A stretch of DNA of 37,104 nt from Octopus sinensis (lineage: Eukaryota), in assembly GCF_006345805.1 (NCBI RefSeq), contig NW_021836825.1:1-37104 (forward strand), given 5' to 3'. The translations under genes were made by a program, and so were the position numbers. Shown piece by piece: positions 12,655 to 22,192 of this stretch. Numbering within the stretch: position 1 is the first letter of the stretch; every line of letters starts with the position of its first letter. The notes under the pieces are model-generated. The model was not told the origin of the DNA, searched no databases, and was given only the letters and a program-made list of their open reading frames with translations.

Positions 12655-12692
<38 letters not shown>
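10870..12692 (+). mobile_element. R4/Dong-like non-LTR retrotransposon, element B (5'-truncated: RT, zinc knuckle, restriction-like endonuclease, (TAA)n tail)
   Basis: GIFQGDYLSPLIFVLCL, LFMDDLKLY, KCRICG...ETVWHI.CQC, ILWDF.IQCD...RKPDIV...I.IACP, PIIVGALG; frame ends at about 12551; short 3'UTR, then (TAA)n at 12638-12692. Confidence 0.88.
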
Positions 12693-12696
<4 letters not shown>

Positions 12697-13250
12697 GCCC
12701 TGATGCAGTACCAGGCAGTGGTTCTCATGGCTTCTGATCTTAATTGACTGGATGTGTTATCATGTACATTGTTTTGTCTTGGTATAAAAGATGGGCTACA
12801 GCAAATATTCTGCTCAATACCACAGATTTGCTTGTCAGTTGTTTGACCTTAACCAGTTGAGCATGTCCCTTAGTGGCTGACGATATGTGCATCTCTGATC
12901 ACGAGCAGAAGTAGTGGGGGAGCATCATAGCCATGTGTTGAGAGGGATTCTTTGGGGTTTGAATAATTCACCTCTGGAAACATGGGTGGTTCATTCAACA
13001 TCCTTAAACAACCCTTATTCAGGGACCTTTTGAGCGGGATGGGCTACTCAACCTGAAGAAAATTCTAACTGGGCCCCACCTGCAAGGTCATGTGCTGTTT
13101 ATCTTTTTATGAGATCACAATATCGTGCACATATGGTTGTGATGCATGTGCCTGGTGTACCCTTATCAGACGGGTAGTCATGATGGGTATACCGGGCTTC
13201 GTATATTTTACCCCAGTGTCACTTTGATGGCATGAACTGCTCTCTCACTC
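12693..13250. mobile_element. About 560-bp non-coding interspersed element flanked on both sides by (AAT)n
   Basis: GC-richer block bounded by (TAA)n at 12638-12692 and (AAT)n at 13251-13265; no ORF of note. I recall it as an abundant octopus repeat, but this is unverified. Confidence 0.55.
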
Positions 13251-13299
13251 AATAATAATAATAATATCAAGCCAAAAGAAAGAAGGAAAATTTGCCAAC

Positions 13300-13413
13300 C
13301 TTTTTGCTTCCACACGATGTCTTATGTGCAGCATGTTGCTCTCTACAGGAATTGGCACCTTCCAGACATTGTAAATTTAAACACAGCTGAGATAAACTCT
13401 GATTGAAAAATAT
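13300..13413 (-). CDS. ADAMTS-like exon, 114 nt: IFFNQSLSQLCLNLQCLEGANSCREQHAAHKTSCGSKK
   Basis: Long polypyrimidine acceptor (ttctctttttattttgtAG) and weaker donor GTtggc; phase 0 to phase 0; Cys spacing 'C..L.C....C......T.CG..K' of the ADAMTS Cys-rich module. Confidence 0.9.
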
Positions 13414-13519
13414 CTACAAAATAAAAAGAGAAAACAAAAAATATAAATGAAGTGACTACAAAGAATTTGTTATATTCTATAAAATGTTTATTTGAAATAC
13501 TGTAGGTGCAAACATTCCT

Positions 13520-13670
13520 ATATGGTTAAGAAGTTTGCCTCCCAACCACATATTTCTGGATTCAGTTCCACTGTGTGGTACCTTGGCTAGATGTCTTCCA
13601 CTATACTCCTGGGCCAGCAAAAGCTTTGTCAGGGGATTTGATAGATGGAAACTGAGAGAAGCTTATATAT
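13520..13670 (+). mobile_element. 5' half of SINE family A
   Basis: Aligns to the head of the 26448 copy and ends in the internal (TA)n. Confidence 0.65.
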
Positions 13671-13820
13671 ATATATATATATATAATATATATATATATA
13701 ATTATAATGTAATGGATATGCATGATAAGTGCTTGGGCTAGTTTTACTACTAAAACTCTGACCTAAACTGCAACTAAAACATAAAACAAAAGTGGTGCTG
13801 TAGCTGCCTAGCAATGATGG

Positions 13821-15028
13821 TTATGATGGCTGAAAAGTTCAGAAGCTGACCAAGATACTCTCATAGAATGTGACCAGATGAGGTTTATTTTTCAACATAT
13901 CTCTTCTTGCAGTTCACACATATCTTCCATCAGTGTTGTAGTGCTTGAATCCTTTTGCTGAAGAAACTTTTATTCTGTTGGCCAAAAAAGTCATCAACAG
14001 TAGATATAACATCATCATCATTGCAATATTGCTTCTGGCAATCATCTATTGGGGTACAGATGATAGTCAGATGTGGTAAAATCAGATTAGGGGTGGGGTG
14101 ATCAGCCAGTTCAAAGCAACAGTTGCACACAGCAGCCATTGAAAGCAGGACTTGTATGCTGGAGTATTGTCTTGATGAAAGAAGACATCTTTTGTTAGTT
14201 TTCCTGGGTATTTGGTCCTAATAGGCTTTTGTAATTACCTCAGCAAGCTGGTGTGGCCCTTTTTAAGATAGTCAATAAACACAATGTCTTTTGCATCCCA
14301 AGAAACAGAAGCCATCATCTTCCCTGCAGATGAAACAACTGCAGGTGAGGAGGGAGTGTTTCCATTTGCATGGAATGTCTATTTGTCTCTGGCTCAAAGT
14401 GATGAACCCAACAATTGGGCAGCTTGGGAAAACATTCAAGGAAACTAGCTGGGTCTGGTTCAAACAATATCAGATTTTCCTGTGATGTGATCAGCCTGGT
14501 GCGCTTTTGATCAGGTGTCAGAAGATGTGGCACCCACTGAGCAGAAACCTTCATCATGTTAAGTTCATTGCGCAGAATATTCTCAACTCTCTCACGGGAT
14601 ATGTGAATAGCACTGGCTATTTGATTTATAGTCAATTGCCTCTCATCCATCACCATGTGGTGAACATGATTGATGTTTTCGTCTGATGGCAAATTCTTCC
14701 TTCACCTCCTAAATTCAGTCGCCCACTTTTGCATTATTGATAAAGTTGGAGCGTCATCTCATAAGGTATCAATTATGTCAGTATGAATGTCCTTGGGGAC
14801 ATACTTTTTCTGCAGGTCCTTGATAACATCACAATACCGAATTTTGTTCATTTTCAAGAGAAGTTGCTACTAATTACTTTTGAAGTCTTCTTTGAACAGT
14901 CAGATGTTAGTTTACCTGGCAGAAAATAAGTAGTTATTAATAAGTGTTGAAATTAAAGCATGCAAGATTTCACAGCTTTAGCATTACTCTTCATAGCCAA
15001 CCTATGACCTTTTCAATGCACCCTTGAA
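13821..15028 (-). mobile_element. Decayed mariner transposon (irritans/Hsmar2-like)
   Basis: ORF 14315..14692: KVSAQWVPHLLTPDQK...WVHHFEPET; decayed HPPYSPDL region in ORF 13930..14139; degenerate TIRs (ctgaaaagttc at the left end, gaccttttcaa at the right end). Confidence 0.8.
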
Positions 15029-15202
15029 TAAGTAGTTCTTCATTGAATAGGTATATATATATAGGTATATATATATGTTACTAAGGTATGTGTGTATATA
15101 TATGTATGAGTGTATATATATGTATGTGTGTGTATATATGTATGTGTGTGTATAAATGTATGTGTGTGTATATATGTAGTATATATATATGTATATATGT
15201 AG

Positions 15203-16729
15203 TCCTATTTATCATAGTCCTCCAGGCAATAACGGAGGAATTCAAGACAGGATGCCCTTGGGAGCTCCTCTATGCTGATCACCTTGCTCTAATTGCTGAG
15301 TCACTATCAGAACTGGAGGAGAAGTTTCAGGTGTGGAAACAAAGATTAGAATCGAAGGGCCTTAGAATCAACCTAGCCAAAACCAAAGTCCTAATAAGTA
15401 GGAAGGTAGACCAATCATAAACGACTTCAGGTAGATGGTCCTGCTCGATCTGTAAAAAAGGTGTAGGTAGAAACTCTATAAGGTGCACCAAGTGTAAGCT
15501 TTGGACACATAAGAGGTGCAGCAATGTCAAAGGAAGGCTAATTAGGAAAATAGTTTTTGTCTGTGGCAGATGCTCAGGAGCAATAAACACTGGAAATGTG
15601 CAGTGATCAACTTCTACCACGTTCCAGGGAGAAAAACTAGAAGTAGTTGATAGCTTCCGCTACCTAGGTGACCAAGTCAGTAGCTGGGGTGGGTGTGCTG
15701 AAAGTGTAACTGCTAGAGTAAGAATAACCTGGGCAAAGTTTAGAGAGCTCTTACCCCTGCTGGTGACAAAAGGCCTCTCGCTCAGAGTAAAAGGCAGACT
15801 GTATGATGCATGTGTATGTACAGCCATGCTACATGGTAGTGAAACATGGGCCGTGACTGCTGAGGATATGCGTAAGCTCACAAGAAATGAAGCCAGTATG
15901 CTCCGATGGATGTGTAATGTCAGTGTTCATAATTGACAGAGTGTAAGTACCTTGAGAGAAAAGTTGAACCTAAGAAACATCAGTTGTGGTGTGCAAGAGA
16001 GACGTTTGCGCTGGTATGGTCATGTGACGAGAATGGATGAAGATAGCTGTGTGCAAAAGTGCCACACCCTAGCAGTTGAGGGAACCTGTGGAAGAGGTAG
16101 ACCCAGGAAAACCTGGGACGAGGTGGTGAAGCACGACCTTCAAACTTTAGGTCGCACCAAGGAAATGACTAGAGACCAAGACCTATGGAAGTGTGCTGTG
16201 CGTGAGAAGACCCGACAAGACTAGTGAGACCATAACCCGTGGCCTCTACCTGGTATGTAGCCAGTCGACTTATACATACCTTTCCTTCTTGGGACACAAA
16301 ACTCCACTTGTGAAGACCCGTTGAGGCAAGTGAAAATCAAAAAATCAAAAAATCAAAATCAAATCAGATATCAGAAAGCAGAACCAAAATCGAAGTCGAT
16401 CAACATCAATGGAAATTGCGGCTGTGATACCAGTGCCGGTGACAAGTAAGCGAACCATCCGATTGTGACCGTTGCCAGCGCTGCCCCGACTGGCCTCTGT
16501 GCCGATGACACGTAAAAAGCACCATCCGTTCGTGGCCGTTGCCAGCCCCGCCTGGCCTCCGTGCCGGTGGAACATAAAAAGCACCATCTGTTCGTGGCCA
16601 TTGCCAGTGCCGCCCCGACTGGCCTCCGTGCCGGTAGCATGTAAAAGCACCATTCGTTCGTGGCCATTGCCAGCCTCACCTGGCCCCCGTGCCGGTGGCA
16701 CGTAAAAGCACCATCTGTTCATGGCCGTT
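15203..16729 (+). mobile_element. 5'-truncated RTE-clade LINE: RT C-terminal part to stop at 16224, then a 3'UTR with tandem repeats; interrupted at 16729
   Basis: LFIIVLQAITEEF...LLYADHLAL...KGLR.NLAKTKV; YLGD; HGSETW; RRLRWYGHV.RMD...GRGRPRKTW; few stops. Confidence 0.9.
16474..16729 (+). repeat. GC-rich tandem repeat in the RTE 3'UTR, units of 67/62/66/61 bp
   Basis: Units start at gccag 16474, 16541, 16603 and 16669. Confidence 0.85.
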
Positions 16730-17006
16730 TCAAAGATTTCACTGATATTATTCCAAGGGAATAAATGGTGTAAAACAATGTAATCTTCTCTTCAGGGAAG
16801 TGAAGAAATGAAACTCGTCAATAAGACATTTTAACAGAAAATGATGGATATGTATAGTGATTTACTGAACGCTATTAATATTGTTTGAAAAAAACGTTAT
16901 ACGATATAATGTCAGAAGTAGCCTATAGAAAGAGGAGGGATATTTTTTTAGTTAATGTTAAATATAAAAAGAAAATTAATGTTTAAATTATATATACTGA
17001 TAGAGA

Positions 17007-17579
17007 TTACTTATAGGAACTAAAGGTGTGTTTTTGCCAATGTTTACATCGATATGCACACTCTATAACTATGTTTACTAGGGGATTGTTAGAAAATATA
17101 ATGAAAAATAGTTCAGAATTACAGAGAAGATAGAATTCCTTGGCTTTGTCATAAGGTATTGAGATTGAGAGAATCAACCATTCTAAATTAAATTGTTCAT
17201 TGTGGTCTTTTAGATCCCAAATTAATTTACTGAGCCCAGTACTGTTACGTTTATTCCTATCCCTAAATGTTGAGTAATGGATAGAAATTCTTTTAGATAA
17301 CTCTAACGAGCTTCCAATGTAAAATCGTACTTTATTATGAGTACTGATTATACACTGGTATATAGAATTTTTTATTTTACAGTTACTTAACATAAACTTA
17401 ATTCTGTTGGAATTGACTTCAGATACAATAACCTTGTTATTAATATTTCTAGAAAGATGGATGGTATTAGCTAAATTAATGTTAGTATTAGTAAATGTAT
17501 TTATATTTAACAGGTTGTTATTATGTGAAGGGATAATTTGTAAGAGATTTTTTGTGTTGGAAAAACTAATCCTAACCAT
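17007..17579 (-). pseudogene. Penelope-like element C-terminal GIY-YIG endonuclease remnant (left-arm copy, 190-aa open frame)
   Basis: IIPSHN..LL...NSIYQC...FYIGSS...KRISIHYSTF...NSTGLSKLIWDLKD...LEWLIL...LLCNSE...CKH follows the PLE endonuclease pattern; no RT is present. Confidence 0.8.
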
Positions 17580-17701
17580 ATTTTTTCCGTGTTAATTGTT
17601 AACAAGGGGAAAATACACTCATCTATTTATATATATATATATATATAAGAAAGAAAGAAAGAAAGAAAAAGTGAAAAATGTGGTATCACTTTAGAATATA
17701 T

Positions 17702-18130
17702 AATTTATAATTCAATATAATTGCAGAGTTGTTAGATTAAGAAATAATGCATAGAGTCTCTCACAGTTGTTTCTAGACTAGCTGTGCATAGGGTGCATAA
17801 ATCATTGAGCAAAGATTTCCATATAAGCCAAACTGTCTTCAGAGAGGAAGAATCAAAGAATATTCTTAAAGGATATTAGTAGTTATCAGTTCTGTCATTA
17901 AAGAATTAATGAATATCCTTAGTAAAAGATAACAGTAGTTACCAATTCCATCATTGAATACTACTCGTTTTTTTACTAAGGATATTCTTTGATTCTTCAT
18001 AGTTGGCTTGTATGGAAATCTTTGCATAATGATTTATTACAGCATTTGCACAGCAATTCTAGAAACAGTATTATTTCTTAATCCCTTATTTACTCTAACA
18101 ACTCTGCAGTTACATTTGAATCATAAATTT
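17702..18130. mobile_element. Old MITE-like imperfect internal palindrome (left-arm copy)
   Basis: Self-complementary halves, e.g. tgcagagttgttaga/tctaacaactctgca and gaagaatcaaagaatat/atattctttgattcttc. Confidence 0.65.
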
Positions 18131-18210
18131 CATGCTCTAAAGTAACATCATATGTTTTGCTTGTTCTTTTTACCTTATCATCATCATCATCATTTAGCGT
18201 CCGTTTTCCA

Positions 18211-18413
18211 GCTCCGTCTGGCACCTGTGTGGGTGGCATGTAAAAAGCACCCACTACACTCGCGGAGTGGTTGGCGTTAGGAAGGGCATCCAGCCGTAGA
18301 AATACTGCCAGATCAGACTGGGTCTGATGCAGCCTTCTGGTTTCACAGACCCCAGTTGAACCGTCCAACCCATGCTAGCATGGAAAACGGACGCTAAATG
18401 ATGATGATGATGA
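18211..18413 (+). mobile_element. Resumed 3' end of the RTE LINE interrupted at 16729 (last repeat unit, conserved tail, (ATG)n)
   Basis: ccagctccgtctggcacctgtg...taaaaagcacc continues the 3'UTR repeat unit; the tail is homologous to 22193-22560 (reverse); ends in atgatgatga. Confidence 0.85.
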
Positions 18414-18460
18414 TAAGGTAAAAAGAACAAGCAAAACATATGATGTTACTTTAGAGCATG

Positions 18461-18886
18461 AAATTTATGATTCAAATGTAACTGCAGAGTTGTTAGAGTA
18501 AATAAGGGATTAAGAAATAATACTGTTTCTAGAATTGCTGTGCAAATGCTGTAATAAATCATTATGCAAAGATTTCCATACAAGCCAACTATGAAGAATC
18601 AAAGAATATCCTTAGTAAAAAAACGAGTAGTATTCAATGATGGAATTGGTAACTACTGTTATCTTTTACTAAGGATATTCATTAATTCTTTAATGACAGA
18701 ACTGATAACTACTATATCCTTTAAGAATATTCTTTGATTCTTCCTCTCTGAAGACAGTTTGGCTTATATGGAAATCTTTGCTCAATGATTTATGCACCCT
18801 ATGCACAGCTAGTCTAGAAACAACTGTGAGAGACTCTATGCATTATCTTAATCTAACAACTCTGCAATTATATTGAATTATAAATT
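18461..18886. mobile_element. Old MITE-like imperfect internal palindrome (right-arm copy)
   Basis: Mirror copy of 17702-18130. Confidence 0.65.
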
Positions 18887-18989
18887 ATATATTCTAAAGT
18901 GATACCACATTTTTCACTTTTTCTTTCTTCTTTCTTTCTTATATATATATATATATATAAATAGATGAGTGTATTTTCCCCTTGTTAAC

Positions 18990-19880
18990 AATTAACACGG
19001 AAAAAATATGGTTAGGATTAGTTTTTCCAACACAAAAAATCTCTTACAAATTATCCCTTCACATAATAACAACCTGTTAAATATAATACATTTACTAATA
19101 CTAACATTAATTTAGCTAATACCATCCATCTTTCTAGAAATATTAATAACAAGGTTATTGTATCTGAAGTCAATTCCAACAGAATTAAGTTTATGTTAAG
19201 TAACTGTAAAATAAAAAATTCTATATACCAGTGTATAATCAGTACTCATAATAAAGTACGATTTTACATTGGAAGCTCGTTAGAGTTATCTAAAAGAATT
19301 TCTATCCATTACTCAACATTTAGGGATAGGAATAACGTAACAGTACTGGGCTCAGTAAATTAATTTGGGATCTAAAAGACCACAATGAACAATTTAATTT
19401 AGAATGGTTGATTCTCTCAATCTCAATACCTTATGACAAAGCCAAGGAATTCTATCTTCTCTGTAATTCTGAACTATTTTTCATTATATTTTCTAACAAT
19501 CCCCTAGTAAACATAGTTATAGAGTGTGCATATCGATGTAAACATTGGCAAAAACACACCTTTATTTCCTATAAGTAATCTCTATCAGTATATATAATTT
19601 AAACATTAATTTTCTTTTTATATTTAACATTAACTAAAAAAAATATCCCTCCTCTTTCTATAGGCTACTTCTGACATTATATCGTATAACGTTTTTTTCA
19701 AACAATATTAATAGCGTTCAGTAAATCACTATACATATCCATCATTTTCTGTTAAAATGTCTTATTGACGAGTTTCATTTCTTCACTTCCCTGAAGAGAA
19801 GATTACATTGTTTTACACCATTTATTCCCTTGGAATAATATCAGTGAAATCTTTGAAACATGTGTTGGAAGTAAAAGTAT
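18990..19880 (+). mobile_element. 3' end of a Penelope-like element (GIY-YIG remnant, 3'UTR, hammerhead), right-arm copy
   Basis: Reverse complement of ORF 17007..17579 starting at ATG 19007, with 1-nt deletions near 19085 and 19333; followed by a hammerhead. Confidence 0.8.
19785..19872 (+). ncRNA. Type I hammerhead ribozyme, PLE-associated, with minimal stem III
   Basis: Stem I ACUUCC (19785-90) / GGAAGU (19867-72); core CUGAAGA (19791-97); stem II GAAGAUU/AAUCUUU extended by CAUUG/CAGUG; GAAA (19855-58); stem III ACA/UGU; cleavage triplet GUU (19864-66). Confidence 0.8.
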
Positions 19881-20009
19881 TTGAATTATACCTGCATTAA
19901 GCTCTATTTATTTATATATATATATGCAGGCAGAAATGTCGAGAAATTCAACAAAAGAATTAGTGACAGTGCAGGAGAATTCGAGGGCAGAATGGAAGGA
20001 TTGAACAGG

Positions 20010-21050
20010 AAGGAGTCAAGATGATATATCGTCAAGATCATCATCATCTATATATCATCTTGACTCTTTTCCTATCCAATCTTTTAATCCTGCCCTTGAA
20101 TTCTCCTGCACTGTCTCTAACTCTTCTGTTGAATTTCTCAACATTTCTGTCTGCATACACCACTCTGCTCTCAACACATCCATCTACTGCAAGCACACAG
20201 ACTCACACTTTTATCTTAATTTCTCCTCTTCTCACCCTACCCACACCAAGCTCTCGATTCCCTACCCCAAATTCCCTTGTCTATGCAAATTCTGCAGTGA
20301 CGACCATGACTTTGAGACCTAGTCTCAACTCATGGCTCACCACTTCACCCTATATGGATATCCCCCTCACCATTATCTACACTGCCCTTGTCTGGGCACA
20401 ATCTGTGGACTGTGCATCTACTCTTTCCCCTTGCACCTGCCCCACTCTTACCTGTCTGCTGTTTCCCCTAATCTACCACCACTCCAATGCACCATTCTCT
20501 GAGCCTTCTGGTGACTCTAGCCTAACTCCTCCACCTTGCACATCTTCCCTAAGTCACTCCTTCCTTCCTTCAAACAAGCCCAAAACCTGCATGACCTCCT
20601 GGTCCACAGTTTCTCCCCTACCCCTGTCTCTCAGCTTGTCTCCTTCCCTGCTCTTACCCACACTGTTGCATCTGCCCCTACCTCTCTAACACCACTATCC
20701 TCACTGGCACCCACTGCTGTCCCTATTACATCACTGACTCCTTTACCTGTACCTCCAGTAATGTTATTTACTGCATCTCCAACTCTCTCTCTGTCCTTCC
20801 CAGTACATTGGTCAAATGGGACGCTACTTGGCTGACTGTTTCATGGAGCACCTCCAAGACATCAGACTTGGCAATGACACCCTGGTCTCAGGCCACTTCT
20901 GCTCTACCTGTCAATCACTACATCTGTCTGTGTTTGGACTATCTCTGCACAGGGGCCACCTGGACTCTCACCTTTGCCGTGAACAGGAATTAAGCTTCTT
21001 CTTTTGTTCGTTATGGGCTCAACTTGCTTCCTCTCATCATCTGACATCAT
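20010..21050 (+). mobile_element. Decayed Penelope-like element fragment (RT thumb and GIY-YIG), a different family from the one in the palindrome
   Basis: Frame-hopping translation EFLNISV...SIYCKHTDSHFYLNFSSSHPTHTKLSIPY...CSDDHDF...GYP; FTCTSSNVIYCI; YIGQMGRYLADCFMEHLQDIR...VSGHF. Confidence 0.75.
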
Positions 21051-21499
21051 CCCACACACCTCCCACATTCAACTGCCCCTCCCCTTCACCTATACACCTG
21101 CATATCACCTACCTCAGTACCCTCACCACACACACCATTATGCAAACACCCATATTCACTGTTCAACTCATTACTCACTTCACATACCATTACACACACA
21201 TCTGCAAACACATTCCCACTTCACACACACTAGCACCAAACACTTTTCAGCACCCACACCACACACCATTATCCACACACTCTTCAATAGCGTCCCCACA
21301 CATACCACTATACAAGCACTCCTACACACTGTTCAACTTAGTACACACACCACACCATCATGCACACTCCCACACCCACACATAAACACATGCAACATGC
21401 ATAGACACAGATAACTTTTGCCCACAAGCATACACTATACACATGCACAACAATTTTATAAGACTGACAGAGGTAGTTGAGTTTAACTCAAGGAGTTAA

Positions 21500-21554
21500 G
21501 AGTTGCTGACAAGGATTAAGATGCTATGCATCAAAATCCAAAATCGTTTCATCT
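21500..21554 (+). ncRNA. Decayed (probably inactive) hammerhead ribozyme relic downstream of the second PLE
   Basis: CUGACAA (consensus CUGANGA); stem II GGAUU/AAUCC plus GAUGC/GCAUC; AAAA (consensus GAAA); stem I 4 of 5 bp. Confidence 0.5.
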
Positions 21555-22192
21555 AGGTAAGCTGGGGACTTACCTCCCTTTGCCAGTCATTCACTAAGTA
21601 AAGTGCTTTGTGGCTTTGGAGTTGTTTCTAGCTCTTGTTTCTAGTAATAGCTGGTGCTGGTCATTACCCTCTGTCACTTTTGTGACCTCTATTAATTTTG
21701 CCTATATGTGTGTGTATGTGTGTGTGTGTGCGTGTGTGTGTGTGTGTGTGTATGTGTGTGTGAGTGTATGTATATATGTAATATATCCAAGACATACATG
21801 CTACAATTCAAACGGAAATCAATTTGCCCTGAAGAAGTTTTTGCTTTCAACTTCATAAAGCAAATGTGCAAATTTGGATAGTGCAACAAACTGAAACGTC
21901 TCATAGGCAATATGACTATGATAATTAATTAATATATATATTGATTATCCTCTGTATGTATTCTCCATTTTTATTTATATTGTTAAAATTTTTTCTCCTA
22001 TACTGAAAATAATGGAAACCTCTATAGAGACAACTAGAATTTCAGAAGTCTAAGGTACTAATATCGAAGAAGAATGAATGATAAACTCTAGTACATATAC
22101 ACATATGCAACTTCCAATATCATTAATCAATATAGAGTGTATGCTGGTGTATGCTTGGATAGAACAACCTCTTTCCATACAAACACATATAT

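Larger units (their letters stand above)
16727..19859. repeat. Near-perfect inverted repeat (palindrome): left arm 16727-18210, spacer 18211-18380, right arm 18381-19859
   Basis: Segments compared by eye along the arms are reverse complements. Differences found were mostly 1-2-nt indels in homopolymers or microsatellites, plus one substitution. Confidence 0.97.

Noticed and set aside
16474-16729. Regularly spaced repeats that might suggest a CRISPR-like array (also 8218-8290)
   Set aside because: Plain tandem repeats without unique spacers, in a eukaryotic intron with no cas genes.
18745-18780. CUGAAGA followed by GAAA inside the MITE-like element
   Set aside because: No stem II or stem I pairing; chance match.
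16727-19859. Interpretation as a single Foldback or large-TIR DNA transposon
   Set aside because: No TSD; the right arm continues into PLE sequence beyond the breakpoint; the arms are a mosaic of unrelated elements; and the spacer is the continuation of the interrupted RTE.
20021-21414. Long plus-strand ORFs (222 aa, 189 aa, 136 aa)
   Set aside because: They are off-frame or low-complexity readings of a decayed PLE and a CA-rich tract, not host genes.
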